From Eledone cirrhosa (taxonomy: Eukaryota): a DNA stretch of 64,000 nucleotides. The notes under the pieces were generated by a model. That model was not told the DNA's origin. It worked only from the letters and a program-made list of their open reading frames with translations, and ran no database searches. Position 1 is the stretch's first letter, and each line of letters starts with the position of its first letter. The DNA lies in the NCBI GenBank assembly GCA_964016885.1, contig OZ024741.1:308574001-308638000 (forward strand), read 5' to 3'. The position numbers and the translations under genes are program-made. Shown piece by piece: positions 30,522 to 43,650 of the stretch.

Positions 30522-30574
30522 CCGACCTCCCATGGGTACAAACTGAAGCTTATAGACAATATGCCCCCACACCC

Positions 30575-30832
30575 TCCCACTGCAAGGTGGTCGTGGAGGT
30601 GCCACGGCAAAAAAGCACCCAGCCCACACTGTAAAGTGGACGTGTAGGCGCCACGGAAAAAGCACCCACCACTCACTGTAAATGAGGTTGGTGTTAGGAA
30701 GGACATCCAGCTGTAGAAATCAAGCCAAAATCAGTTCCTGTGTGAGCAAGGCATAGTCAGCCAACCAGACACTGCCCACAACAGGACAACCCGTCTAACC
30801 CATGCTAGCATGGAAGAACGGACGTAAAACGG

Positions 30833-30862
<30 letters not shown>
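30575..30862 (+). mobile_element. SINE family A / RTE 3' portion
   Basis: Matches the family A 3' half, long-tail variant. Confidence 0.75.
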
Positions 30863-30863
<1 letters not shown>

Positions 30864-31037
30864 ATATATATACACATATATATATATGCATATTTATATG
30901 TGTATGTGTATATAATGGTGTATATACATATATATACATATATATATATGAATATATATATATACACATACATATATATACATATATATATACACATACA
31001 TATAAATATATACCCATACATATATATATACCCATAC

Positions 31038-31068
<31 letters not shown>

Positions 31069-31072
31069 CACT

Positions 31073-31115
<43 letters not shown>

Positions 31116-31153
31116 CCATACATATATATACCCATACATATATATACCCATAC

Positions 31154-31224
<71 letters not shown>

Positions 31225-31226
31225 TA

Positions 31227-32815
31227 CATGGTCACCCGGATAGTAAATCAAGTCATACAGAATGGGGTTGTTCCGAAGGACTGGCATAGCAGCATCATCA
31301 TTAACTGCTGCAAGGGTAAAGGAGATGCCCTAGATAGGGGTAACTATAGAGGCATTAAATTAATCGACCAGGTCATGAAGGTCACAGAAAAAGTAATAGC
31401 GCAACTAATCAGAGAGAGAATTGATCTAGATGAAATGCAGTTCGGGTTTGTGTCAGGTAAAAGTACCACAGACGCTCTTTTCATCGTACAACATCTACAG
31501 GAGAAGTACCTAGCTAAAAGTAAACCCCTATACTTAGCTTTTGTCGACTTGGAGAAAGCCTTCGACAGAGTCTCCCGTTCCATTATCTGGTGGGTTCTTA
31601 GAAAACTAGGTGTTGATGAATGGCTTGTGCGAGCTATACAAGCCATGTATAAAGAAACAGTCAGCAAGGTTAGAATTAACAACGAATATAGTGAAGAGTT
31701 TAGCGCAAAAGTTGGTGTTCATCAGGGCTCTGTTCTTAGCCCCCTACTATTTATTATTGCCCTTCAGGCTATAACAGTGGAGTTCAAGACCGGCTGCCCA
31801 TGGGAACTCCTATACACAGATGATCTAACGCTCATAGCTGAATCAATGGCCAAACTAGAGAAGAAATTCCAAACATGGAAGCATGGCCTAGAATCAAAAT
31901 GCCTTAAAATTAACCTGTCTAAGACTAAAGTTCTAGTTTGTAGGAAGGAAAATAGGGCACCGGTCCCATCCGGGAAATGGCCATGCTCAGTGTGTAGGAA
32001 AGGAGTAGGTAGAAACTCCATTTTATGTCCCAAATGCAAAGTATGGGTGCATAAAAGATGTAGTGGGATCACAGGTAAGCTAACTAAGAACATAGATTTT
32101 ATATGTGGCCGGTGCTCTGGTGCAATAAGTAGCAGCAAGTGCCCACTGAACACTAGCTCATTCCATTGCACAGATGGTTCTATAGAAATAGTGGACAGCT
32201 TCCGTTACCTGGGTGACAAAATCAGCAGTGGGCGAGGGTGCTCTGAAAGTACAGTAGCTAGAGTCAGAACTGGATGGAAAAAGTTCAGAGAGCTTATACC
32301 ACTATTAGCCGCTAAAGGGTTCTCTCTAAAAATGAAAGGCAGGCTGTATGATGCCTGCATACGAACAGCAATGTTACATGGCAGTGAGACCTGGGCATTG
32401 TGTGCAGAGGATATACGCAGACTGGAGAGGAACGAAGCTTGCATGCTCCACTGGATATGTAATAGTAATATACGTGAACGGCAAAGCATAAACGAACTAA
32501 GGGAAAAATTAGAAATAAGAGGGATCAGATGTTGTTTACTCGAGAGAAGACTACGTTGGTATGGTCACGTGATGCGCATGAAAGACGACAGCTGTATAAC
32601 AAAGTGGAGGGCAATAAAGATAGACGGTAGCCACGGAGTAGGCAGACCCAGAAAAACCTAGGACGAGCTGATAAATTCCGACCTCACACACTTACACCTC
32701 TCCAAGACAATGTCACTGGACCGAGATCTTTGGCGCTACACAGTAATAGAGAAGACCCGCCTTACCTAAGTACAAAGTGAAACCTACTACAGTCAGTAGG
32801 CACCTCTAACAAAAT
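31227..32815 (+). mobile_element. 5'-truncated RTE-clade LINE (reverse transcriptase + PHD-like finger + C-terminus)
   Basis: ORF 31228-32661 carries RT motifs [47 protein letters not shown] and FRYLG, plus the RTE tail [18 protein letters not shown]. Premature TAG at 32659 (TGG in the sister copy). Begins in (TA)n. Confidence 0.93.
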
Positions 32816-33011
32816 ACACCTCCACGACCACTTTACAGGGAAATGATAAGGACCCCAGTCCCTATCATCTCATTTCTACAGTTGAGTAAACTGGAGCAAT
32901 GTGAAATAAAGTGTCTTGCTCAAGGAAACAACACATCACCCGGTCTGAGAATTGAACTCACAACCTTTCGATTGCAAGCCCAATGCTCTAACCACTTAGC
33001 CATGTGCCTCC
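32816..33011 (-). mobile_element. SINE family A head, fused to the truncated 3' UTR of the RTE LINE
   Basis: Reverse complement of the tRNA head plus CORE-like region directly abuts LINE sequence at ~32815. Confidence 0.8.
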
Positions 33012-33012
33012 A

Positions 33013-33698
33013 TATATTATGAAATACTGTTGGCTTCTTGCTCACATTAATTTCTCTACTTTCATTTATATTTATACTCGGAATTTTCCCTAGAGTGCTT
33101 AAAATTATTTGTGACTAATCCCGGTCTTTTTTAAAAAAAAAAACGCGATAATATTGCTATATGCTGAACTCCATACTTTTGTAGAGTTTTTTTCGGAATG
33201 TTTTTGACTGCTGTTTCTTGTAAACTGACATTCGTCTCATTCTAACATCACCAGCCATATTCTCCATGTGTGTTTATTTTCATAATTCCGCACGAGGTGA
33301 ACTAGACTGCTTCTAAATTCCCTTTCTGGCATATTTTGGCCGTGAAATTTGGTTATCCTGTTTGGCTCTACTGATGAACGACACCAACCGTGAATAATCC
33401 CACTGAAAAGTTTCGTGAAATAGTCTTTTTAAGACTATATAGAGCATTTGTAGTTTTTCCAAATTGAAGGATGAGTATTTAAACTTTATTTTATCTGAGT
33501 TAAGACTCTATTGATTTTTTTCCCTGGATATCACAAAATTTGTGGATAAAATCTCTGTCTTGATTTTTTTAAATTAAGTTTGAATTATTTTCCCATATCT
33601 TACGTTAAATATTTTCCATTTTGACGTTATAGTCACTTATATATTATGAAATACTGTTGGCTTCTTGTTCACATTAATTTCTCTACTTTCATTTATAT
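33013..33698 (+). mobile_element. Non-coding hammerhead-bearing unit with ~59-bp terminal direct repeat (Penelope pLTR-like / retrozyme-like)
   Basis: TATATTATGAAATACTGTTGGCTTCTTG(C/T)TCACATTAATTTCTCTACTTTCATTTATAT occurs at ~33013-33071 and ~33640-33698. It brackets the hammerhead and runs into a (TA)n-like tract. Confidence 0.6.
33365..33445 (+). ncRNA. Type I hammerhead ribozyme (complete core)
   Basis: Stem I GCTCTA (33365-70) / TAGAGC (33440-45); CTGATGA 33371-77; stem II ACGA/TCGT; GAAA 33417-20; stem III TAGTCTT-ttt-AAGACTA; U16.1-A17 at 33438-39 (AUA triplet). Confidence 0.85.
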
Positions 33699-33889
33699 AT
33701 ATATACATATATATATTCATATATATACATATGTATGTATATATACATATTTATATATATACATATATATATATATACATATATATATATACATGCTTAA
33801 AAATATACATATATATATACATATGTATATATACATATACACAAACAAGGTAAGTAACCCTTTCTTACTTTTCTTACTGTTTATCCAAC

Positions 33890-34060
33890 ATGGCCTTAGT
33901 CAGAATAGATAGTATAAATGCACCTGGGCTGGGGTCATCTTGGAAGCAGAGCCCCCTGCTCAACGACTTCAGGTCACTAAACATAAATGTTGTGGCCATC
34001 AGTGAGACCAGAATTTCAAAGGTACGAACCTTCATACCTATTTTCAAGGGACCATGCTGG
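33890..34060 (+). mobile_element. Fragment of a LINE apurinic-like endonuclease N-terminus (L1/Tx1-like)
   Basis: MALVRIDSINAPGL...KQSPLLNDFRSLNINVVAISETR matches the S(I/L)NxxGL...DVVAxxET motifs of the APE domain. Confidence 0.55.
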
Positions 34061-34433
34061 GGGAATAAACCTGAAACCACATGGTTGGAAACCTAGATAG
34101 CTAAACCATGCCTGCAGGTATGCAATATATTGAAAGTTACTTTTCAAAATTGAAAATACATAGCCAGAGTCATATAAAAATAGCTAAATCAACTTAAATA
34201 GGCAGACAAAAGACAGAAAAAGGAGATTAAAATATATAATAAAAGTGAAATAAAATATAATAAGAAGGAAACAAAGAGAAAAGGAGCAACCATGAAGCAG
34301 AAGAAGCATTAATTACAACACAGGTAAGCTAATCCATACATCATAACTCATTAATCTCATTTAAATCTTGTTAAATCTATAGCTGCTAATTGTAAGATTA
34401 AAAATGAAATATATTATATATTTTATATATATA

Positions 34434-34475
<42 letters not shown>

Positions 34476-36029
34476 TATATATATATAACTTGGTGGAGGC
34501 CAGCCAAACTTGCATAGGTGTGAGCTGTCACACACATCCAACCTTTTGCTAGCAGGGAAAGTGGTCACTAAAATGACAATAATGATGATATAAATGTAGG
34601 TGTAGTTGTCATGGCAAAAAGCACCTAGTCCACACAGTAAAATGGTTGTGTAGGCATTATGACAAAATGAACCCAGCAGTCACTGTAAATGAGGTTGGTG
34701 TTAGGAAAGGCATCCAGCTGTAGAAACCAACTGAAAGTCAGTTCTGTATGAGCAAGACATGGTCACCTGACCTAGCATTGCTCACAACAGGATAACTTGT
34801 CTAACCCATGTCAGCATGGAAAAATGGATGATGATGATGATATATGAATGTGTGTGTGTGTGTGTAAAGTTCCTTGAAACTCTTTATTATTTAAAAAAAT
34901 TATTTGAAAATCATAATCAGTTTTTCATTAGAAGTATGGTAATGAAACAGTTAAAGCGCTTATATTTATTTAAAACCTTACATCATAATTTTATATAAGA
35001 ACATTTAAGTTATGCTCCAAACACCAGTTTAATAATTGTTTCTACTTTTGGCAGAAGGCCAGCAAATACACCAGTGCATTACTGGTGCTTTATTTTATCG
35101 ACCCCGTAAGGATAGAAGGCAAAGTTAACCTCAGCAAGATTTGAACTCAGAATGCAAAGGGCCATAACTCTATGCTGAAAAGTTGTTTGTATATTGTGGG
35201 GCTAGGGAGCCGAAAGTGAAGGACCAGTGACATCACATTGGAAATGTGGACCAAGTCTCTCCATTGGTCCATGTGGAGCAGCTGAGTGTGGATGTACTGT
35301 AATGACTGGTGCAAATGGGTGTGTGAGATTTGATCTGTTCTCTTGCTAGACGTGAACAAGTGAGCATCACGCAGTGAGATTTAGTTTGGACACAAATGGA
35401 GAAGCAAAGGTAGGTTCCTTCGCTTCTTACAACAAACTATTTTGGCAGCATTTTTTAAAAATTATTATTATACATTATAATATCTCAGTATAATATCTCT
35501 TTACAATTTACACACACGAATATATATGGAATGCATTTCCCATTTCAGTTATATTGCTACAACAAAAAGTTTGCTTTCTTGATCACAAGATCCTAGAATC
35601 TAACTATACATTTGCCCCAATAAATTGTTATTTCACCAAAGTTACTCATGCATTATATCCTAGAAATAAATTATTAATATATAATCACTTCCAAATGTCA
35701 GTAATCAAAATATATTAAAGGGTTTGTCTTATGCAAACCATAAATTTATGAAAACACAAATTTCCTATTTTATATGATTGTCCTTATATCCAATAAACGT
35801 GGTATATATTGGTATACCAATTATGGACTCCAACAATTAAATATGTTCATTGCAATTGCCGTCATTATTGATGGCACAAGTCCACTAGTAACAATAGATA
35901 AATAAGATAACACAAAGAGGTAATAAAGTGAACAATTCTTTTCTCTTAATCTCATAAACAAAAGTCAATGATCTATCTTGACTTTGACAGTACTGAATTA
36001 AGCCTTGTGTCATATCTTTTTCAGGTGTA

Positions 36030-36880
36030 CATATTCACTTACACACACACAAACATACAAATATACTTACACACACAAACATATAAATATACTTACACAC
36101 ACACAAACATATAAATATACTTACACACACACAAACATAAATAAACTCACACGCAGAAATATATCAATATACTTACACACACACAAACATATAAATATAC
36201 TTACACACACACAAACATATCAATATACTTACACACACAAATATATCAATATACTTACTCACACACAAACATATCAATATACTTACACACACAAATATAT
36301 CAATATACTTACTCACACACAAACATATCAATATACTTACACACACAAACATATCAATATACTTACTCACACAAATATATCAATATACTTACACACACAC
36401 AAACATATCAATATACTTACACACACACAAACATATCAATATACTTACACACACAAACATATCAATATACTTACACACACAAACATATCAATATACTTAC
36501 TCACACAAATATATCAATATACTTACACACACACAAACATATCAATATACTTACACACACAAACATATCAATATACTTACACACACAAACATATCAATAT
36601 ACTTACACACACAAACATATCAATATACTTACTCACACAAATATATCAATATACTTACACACACACAAACATATCAATATACTTACACACACAAATATAT
36701 CAATATACTTACACACACAAACATATCAATATACTTACACACACAAACATATCAATATACTTACTCACACACACACAAACATATCAATATACTTACACAC
36801 ACAAACATATCAATATACTTACAGACACACAAACATATAAATACACTTACAGATGCACAAACATATAAATATACTCAGAT
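36030..36880. repeat. 24-28-bp minisatellite ACACACACAAACATATCAATATACTT
   Basis: Direct reading. Confidence 0.95.
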
Positions 36881-37089
36881 ATTCACACACACACACAAAG
36901 ACACATGCATACACAGCAGATAACACAGATATACTCAGAACTCATGACATGCTTTTTTTTATCACTCTCCTGATTGCCTCATCAAATCCTGGATTAGCAA
37001 CCTCCTCATATAAGTGTATGTATATATATGAACAAGTATATATGTACATGTGTGTATGTATATTTATATATATACACACATACACACAC

Positions 37090-37129
<40 letters not shown>

Positions 37130-37229
37130 ATACACACACAAGCATACATATACATCCATATCAGTTACAGTGATAGGATTAACCATCAGGTCTAATAAAA
37201 TACTAAATTTGAGGTATTATGTATTATCT

Positions 37230-37295
<66 letters not shown>

Positions 37296-37642
37296 TAACA
37301 AAGCAAATACTGGTATCAATGGGAACCTGCATCAGTATGATAGGAGATTGTCTCACATTTAGCATTTCGGTATTTTTAAACATTTCAACAAATGTTTTGA
37401 TCTACAGGGACAATAAGAGATAAACCTCAAAGAGTATCCTTCCCTGAAACACAATTATCAGAGCTATTATCAGCTTGATAACAATGAATTTTCAAGTAGA
37501 TTTATAGTTTTTTTTAATTACTTATTTCTGAAAGGCCAAATGTCAATCGATCAATTGATCAACCAATGAACCTCTGCTGGTTTTAACGATGAGTGTTTCA
37601 GTTGTTCAATCAACAGACTCTGGTTGCTCATGAAATTAGGGT

Positions 37643-37840
37643 TTAACTCTTTAGCATTTACATTACTCTATATATACTATTTTATTTTCATGGTAAAAGC
37701 TTTACCTCACATAATATCGAATCTATGAGATTTTGATATTATTTATTTTGAAAACTATACCTTAACATCAGTATGAGTGGCCAGTTACAACCAGTTTGAA
37801 CAGAAAGAAGTGAGAGAATTCTAGCCGGATTTGACTGGTT
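37643..37840 (+). mobile_element. Non-autonomous DNA transposon end (TTAA-CTCTTTAGCATT, piggyBac-like); inverted copy at ~52104-52309
   Basis: ~200 bp are shared in reverse complement with 52104-52309. Both copies terminate at TTAA. Confidence 0.6.
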
Positions 37841-39463
37841 AAGGGGCTGAGCATTCCAGAGACACGTGTACTCTTAACATGATTCTCAGGGAGATTTATC
37901 ATGATACAATGTGGGTGACCAGGCTGGTCTTTTGGATTACATGTGGTTCATCTGAAGTGCTGCCAAACAATTTCTGTTTGCCCAATTTAACTCACAATGA
38001 TGCATGCTCAAGATGCCATGCAGTGGGATTGAACCTGAGACCTAATGATTGTGAAGTGAATCCTTTAACCATTCAGCCATACTAAGTCCATTAGACTAAA
38101 TGTAATTCAAGAAACTTCAGCTCAAATATTTTTTCAGGATTTCTGAAACTACACTGGTGTTAACTGAATCTAAATTTTAAAAACTTTCAACCAGCCCAAT
38201 ATAATCCAGAGAACCTAAATTATATGCTGTAAATACTTTTGCATAATAAGCTATCAATTTCAAAAACAATTTATGAGGTTAAAAAATTTGCCAAAATGGA
38301 AAATACCGGATGTAGGTAACTGTTTAATAAAACTACTAACCATGTCAGAATTTGAACAAAGAGAATGATCTCTAGAATAGGCCCAAGTTCGCATTTTGTG
38401 TGTAAGGGGAGGGGGGGGGGGTTATAATCAATTCCAGTTTTTGACAAGTACTTTAATCTATCAGCCAACAACTCTACAGAAAGATGAAAATCAAGGCTGA
38501 CCTACATAAGAATTTGAACACTTGGAATGATTTGGGACAAAGATCCAGAGTTAGGGATTTACATTGCAAGAGGGTTAAGATAAATTAATCACCCCCACCC
38601 CCACCCATGTACTCTAGAGTCTTGAATAACCCCCCCCCCCTTATTAATTTTTCAGAATTTTTCCACCCACCCATCTGCTCTTATTTCAACACCCTTGCTT
38701 ATTCCACCCCACCCACTCACCTACCCTATTTTGGGGGACGCAAGAGTATATAACTGGTACTTTGTTTTTATCCACCTCAGAAAGATGAAAGACAACATCA
38801 AGCACAGCACAATTTAAGTTAGAAATAAGAAAGAGATGTGATGACTCAATAGCATATAGAATGTTTGACATTTCTGTCAATAAACAAACATAAAAACAAT
38901 GATAACGTAATAAAAAAATAACTACAAAGGAAATGAATAAAAAACAAAATATGAATAAATAAATAAATAAATAATTTGAAAATTTGAGGTTTCAGAATGC
39001 AGAAAATAACTACAATAACAGTTGATCATCATCCATCATCATCATCATCATCATCACTGTTTAATGTCCATTTTCCCACACTAGCATGGATTAGATGAGT
39101 TGTCCTGTTGTGGGACAAGTCAGATCAGGTGACCATGTCTTGCCCATACAGCTGGATGGCATTAGAAAGGGCATCCAGCTGGAAAAACTAAGCCAGAAAC
39201 AGTTCTGTATGGGCAAGACATGGTCACCTGATCTGACTTGTCTCACAACAGGACAACTCATCTAATCCATGGATGCCCTTTCTAATGCCATCCAGTTGAG
39301 AAAAGTGGGGGAATTTATGGGATACTCACCTTTTCAAAGCAAGATTCACACAATTTTCTCCACAAATATCTACAGTGTCCAAATGTTATTACAGATATTT
39401 CCTGTTTTTGGAAAGATCACACAATTTAGTTGTCAAATTTCAAACACTGCCAGGGTTTACATA

Positions 39464-39632
39464 CCATATTTCCCAGCGTCAAAGACGCTACTTTTTTCCT
39501 GGAGTAAGTCTAAAAAATCTACCATGCGTCCTGGAGGCCGAAGGTTGTTCATTATTTTTTTTCAAATTTTTGGTTGTCAAAATTAGAGTGCATCCTTGAG
39601 GATGAAGCATTTTTGGCGTCGGGGAAATACGG
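39464..39632. mobile_element. pogo/Tigger-like MITE
   Basis: TA-CCATATTTCCCAGCGTCAAAGACGC ... GCATTTTTGGCGTCGGGGAAATACGG-TA imperfect TIRs. Confidence 0.65.
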
Positions 39633-39737
39633 TAGTCTAAAAAAAAACATTATTAAAGTACCAGTAATACACTGGGAAATTGCTGGCCTTGTGCCAAAAG
39701 TAGAAACAATTATTAATTAAATATAAGTATATCTTAC

Positions 39738-39882
39738 TTCGATTTGATTGTTGCGGTTATAATGAAGGTTTAGAACTCGGTAAAGTTCTGAATCTGTTGT
39801 AACAACCAAATCTTCCGAATTCTTATATCCTTCAGATATTGCCTGTTTTGCATATTTCTCCATCTGGATGTAATAAAATTCC
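39738..39882 (-). CDS. pros: prospero/PROX1 orthologue, homeodomain end / Prospero domain start exon
   Basis: Acceptor TTTTTTCAG|G completes Arg (AG+G), then [48 protein letters not shown]. Donor GAA|GTAAGA, phase 0. 145 nt. Confidence 0.97.
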
Positions 39883-40012
39883 CTGAAAAAAAGAATTATA
39901 TAATATAGCATGAGTATATATATTTATGTGTGTGTGTTTTTATAGGTTCTTATAAGGATTCTCTCATCTATGGTTAACCCTCTACTATTTTCATATCAAA
40001 TAAGACATGATA

Positions 40013-40048
<36 letters not shown>

Positions 40049-40708
40049 CATATATAGTTTAAGGAAACGACAAACATAGGTATAAAAAGTCTTATTATTT
40101 TCATGCTATATATGGAAAAGAGGAAAGAAAGTTTGACATGTTGGGCTTTAGCCCTTCTTCAGGACTACAAAAATAGAGACAGGATCACAAAGGATTGATA
40201 CAGAAAATAAAAGGTCGATATGCAATAAATATTTTTCATATGTAAACGAAACCTCCTCATTTTTTTTATTATATATATATATATATCAATACTAATATAT
40301 ATATATATATTTATATATATATATACATATATTTAATATATACATATATATACATACATATATATGATATATACATATATATAATATATACATAGATATA
40401 CCTATATATAATATATACATAGATATAGCTATATATAATATATACATATATACATAATATATATATATATATTTATATATATATATATACATATATTTAA
40501 TATATACATATATATACATACATATATATGATATATACATATATATAATATATACATAGATATACCTATATATAATATATACATAGATATAGCTATATAT
40601 AATATATACATATATACATAATATATATATATATATACATATATATAATATATACTTATATAATATATACAAATATAATATATACAAATATAATATATAA
40701 ATATATAC

Positions 40709-40744
<36 letters not shown>

Positions 40745-41485
40745 ATATATATATCATCATCATCGTTTAACGTCCATCTTCCATGCTTGGATATATATAT
40801 ATATATACATATATATAATATATACATATATATAATATATGCATATATATATATAATATATAAATATATATGCAATATATAAATATGTACATAATATATA
40901 TAATGTATACATATCTACATACATATATATTTTATGTATATATATATATATAATCTCCATTGACATTTATTTCAATGCAATGCTCCATAGCCATGCAATA
41001 TATATTTCTTTTTATGGTTCAATCCAAATACCACCATTGCATATGGAAGATCACGAGGAAACAAATCGCCCTTTAAGTGTTTCAGCTGGGTGTGTATGTG
41101 TGACATAGGATTACTGACAAATATGTAAAAACATACATACATATATTCATACACACACATATATGTATATATGTGTGTGTGTGTGTGTACATATATATTA
41201 TTAGTATTATTATTATACACATATATATATATATCATTCATCATCATCATTTAATGTACACTTTCCCTGCTAGCAAGGGTTGGACAAGTTCTACATGGAA
41301 AAAGTCAGTATTTAAGCGAGGATACTGACCTCTATGACAGGCCAAGGGGTGGGTATATCTCACTTAGGTACGGTTATATGTTCTATTGAGTGCACAGGAG
41401 AAGTTATGCCTTATGAGACAAACTAAAAGGTCCTCCCAACATATATATTTATATATGTATACACACACACACATATATATATATA

Positions 41486-41656
41486 TAATAAACAACATAA
41501 GATAATTATTTCATTTACCAGTGGTTTCTTGAAGACAGATATTTATGTCTTCATTCATCAGAAAAATAATATTTTTCTGATGAATGAAGACAAACATAAA
41601 TATCTGTCTTCAAGAAACCACTGGTAAATGAAATAATTATCTTATGTTGTTTATTA
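41486..41656. repeat. Palindrome (~82-bp arms) with a hammerhead core in each arm; probable Penelope-like remnant
   Basis: Centre GAAAAAT-aat-ATTTTTC. Right arm: CTGATGA (41577) at GAAGACA...TGTCTTC aa GAAACCAcTGGTA (41626). Starts in (TA)n. Confidence 0.85.
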
Positions 41657-42566
41657 CATAACTAAAAAGCTCTGTAGCCTACATAGACCACTCTCTTTTC
41701 CTTTACCTTTCCTATGGAAATACTTCATATATATATAGACATGCACACAGACACACGCAAACATACATACATACAAACAAATCCTTCCCTGATGATCTCT
41801 ATCAAATACTCTTGGGTCTTGAATAATCATTCCCCACCACTTATTAATTTTTCAGATTTTTTCCAACCTAAGCCCCACTCTTATTTCACCTCACCCCGCT
41901 TATTAAAGTTTGCTAATTTATCTCTGGCAAAATTTTAATTTAAGTGATAGCATTCCTGCGACAATTAATTTTCTTTAGACATTAAAAAAATTATACGTGA
42001 TAAAAAAGTACATTACGAAAAATATTATACATTATAAAATAAATAGGATGGGTTGGGGTTTTAATATGTAAACTAAATGAGTAATTCTGTTTTTCTTTTT
42101 AAATTCAATGGAAACAACCTAGAAAAATTGTCGATTTTCCAACCCCATTTTTATGTGAGACCCAGAAGTTGGTAGATTAATATCCAGTACATGGAAATGG
42201 AACACTTTTATATTTGTGTTCCAGCCAGATGAAGGGATCATTGCACAACAGATACAATGAAACGTGTCAGAAATTTCCTTAGTGGCTGCAGTAACATTCA
42301 CCTGGTACAGTATTTGACTTTAGGAAGGGCATCAAGCTGTGGTAAACTTGAGAAACTTAGAATCAAGAGATCCCTAGAAAAGGATAGAGGAAGAGAGAAA
42401 GAGATACAGAGGAAGAATTGACCCCAGTACTTGGCTGGTACTTTTTTTGAAAGGATGCAAGGCAAAGTTGACCTCAGCAGGATTTGAACTCAGAGAACAG
42501 AGAGCCAGAGCTAGAATTATGTTATTATTATTATTATGGAGGCACATTATTGTTATTATTATTATG

Positions 42567-42949
42567 GAGGCTTAGTGGTTAGAACATTGGCCTTGCAATC
42601 GAAAGGTTGTGAGTTCAATTCTCAGACCGGGTGATGTGTTGTTTCCTTGAGCAAGACACTTTATTTCACATTGCTCCAATTTACTCAGCTGTAGAAATGA
42701 GATGATAGGGACTGGGGTCCCTATCATTCCACTGTAAAGTGGTTGTGGAGGTGCCACGGCAAAAAAGTACCCTGCACCCACTGTAAAGTGAACAAGTAGG
42801 CGCCACGGAAAAAAAGGACCCAGCACTCACTGTAAATGAGGTTGGTGTTAGGAAGGGCATCCAGCTGTAGAAATCAAGCCAGAATCAGTTCCCGTCCCAC
42901 CCTTGCAAGCAGGGAAAAGCGGACGTAAAATGATGATGATGATGATGAT
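42567..42949 (+). mobile_element. tRNA-derived SINE family A (CORE-like centre, RTE-derived tail), near full length
   Basis: Pol III A box GGCTTAGTGG and B box GAGTTCAATTC. Centre CCTTGAGCAAGACACTT resembles the CORE domain. Tail GTTAGGAAGGGCATCCAGCTGTAGAAA...GGACGTAAAA(TGA)n. Confidence 0.85.
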
Positions 42950-43239
42950 TAACTCTAAAATTAGAGTATACTTTCGAAAGGTATGGACAGATTTCCCACA
43001 TTTAAGGATGGTATTGAATGGTCTGTGGGTTTTTTTTCCAATGTTTAGCTGATCTCAGTACATTCTAGTAGTTTATTTATAATTGTGATAATAGCAGCAA
43101 TTATAAACATTTTACTGGTCACTCAATCACTTGCTGATGAAGGTGAGATGTGTATGTAGTATTTTATATACAAATTTCCACTAGAAATATAGATTTACAT
43201 CAAAGAAAATGGTACATAATGTGTGTGTGTGTGAATATA

Positions 43240-43327
43240 CAGGGTGTCCCAAAAATGTATACACACTTTCATTACCTGTACAGGCGATATTTATTAGAAA
43301 GGTGCATACATTTTTTGGGACACCTTA
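43240..43327. mobile_element. Tc1/mariner-type MITE
   Basis: TIRs CAGGGTGTCCCAAAAATGTATACAC / GTGCATACATTTTTTGGGACACCTT, flanked by TA. Confidence 0.75.
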
Positions 43328-43560
43328 TAAATACACACACATATATATATATATATATATACATAGATATATATATACACATACATATATATATATATAT
43401 ATATACATATACAGAAAAACACACACATATATATATATATATACACCTACATATATATATATAAACACACACACATACATTTACACACACACATATATAT
43501 ATATATATACACATACATATATACACATACATATATATATATATACACACACATACATTT

Positions 43561-43650
<90 letters not shown>

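Noticed and set aside
42567-42630. tRNA-like sequence with A and B boxes
   Set aside because: It is the head of a multi-copy SINE and does not form a complete cloverleaf.
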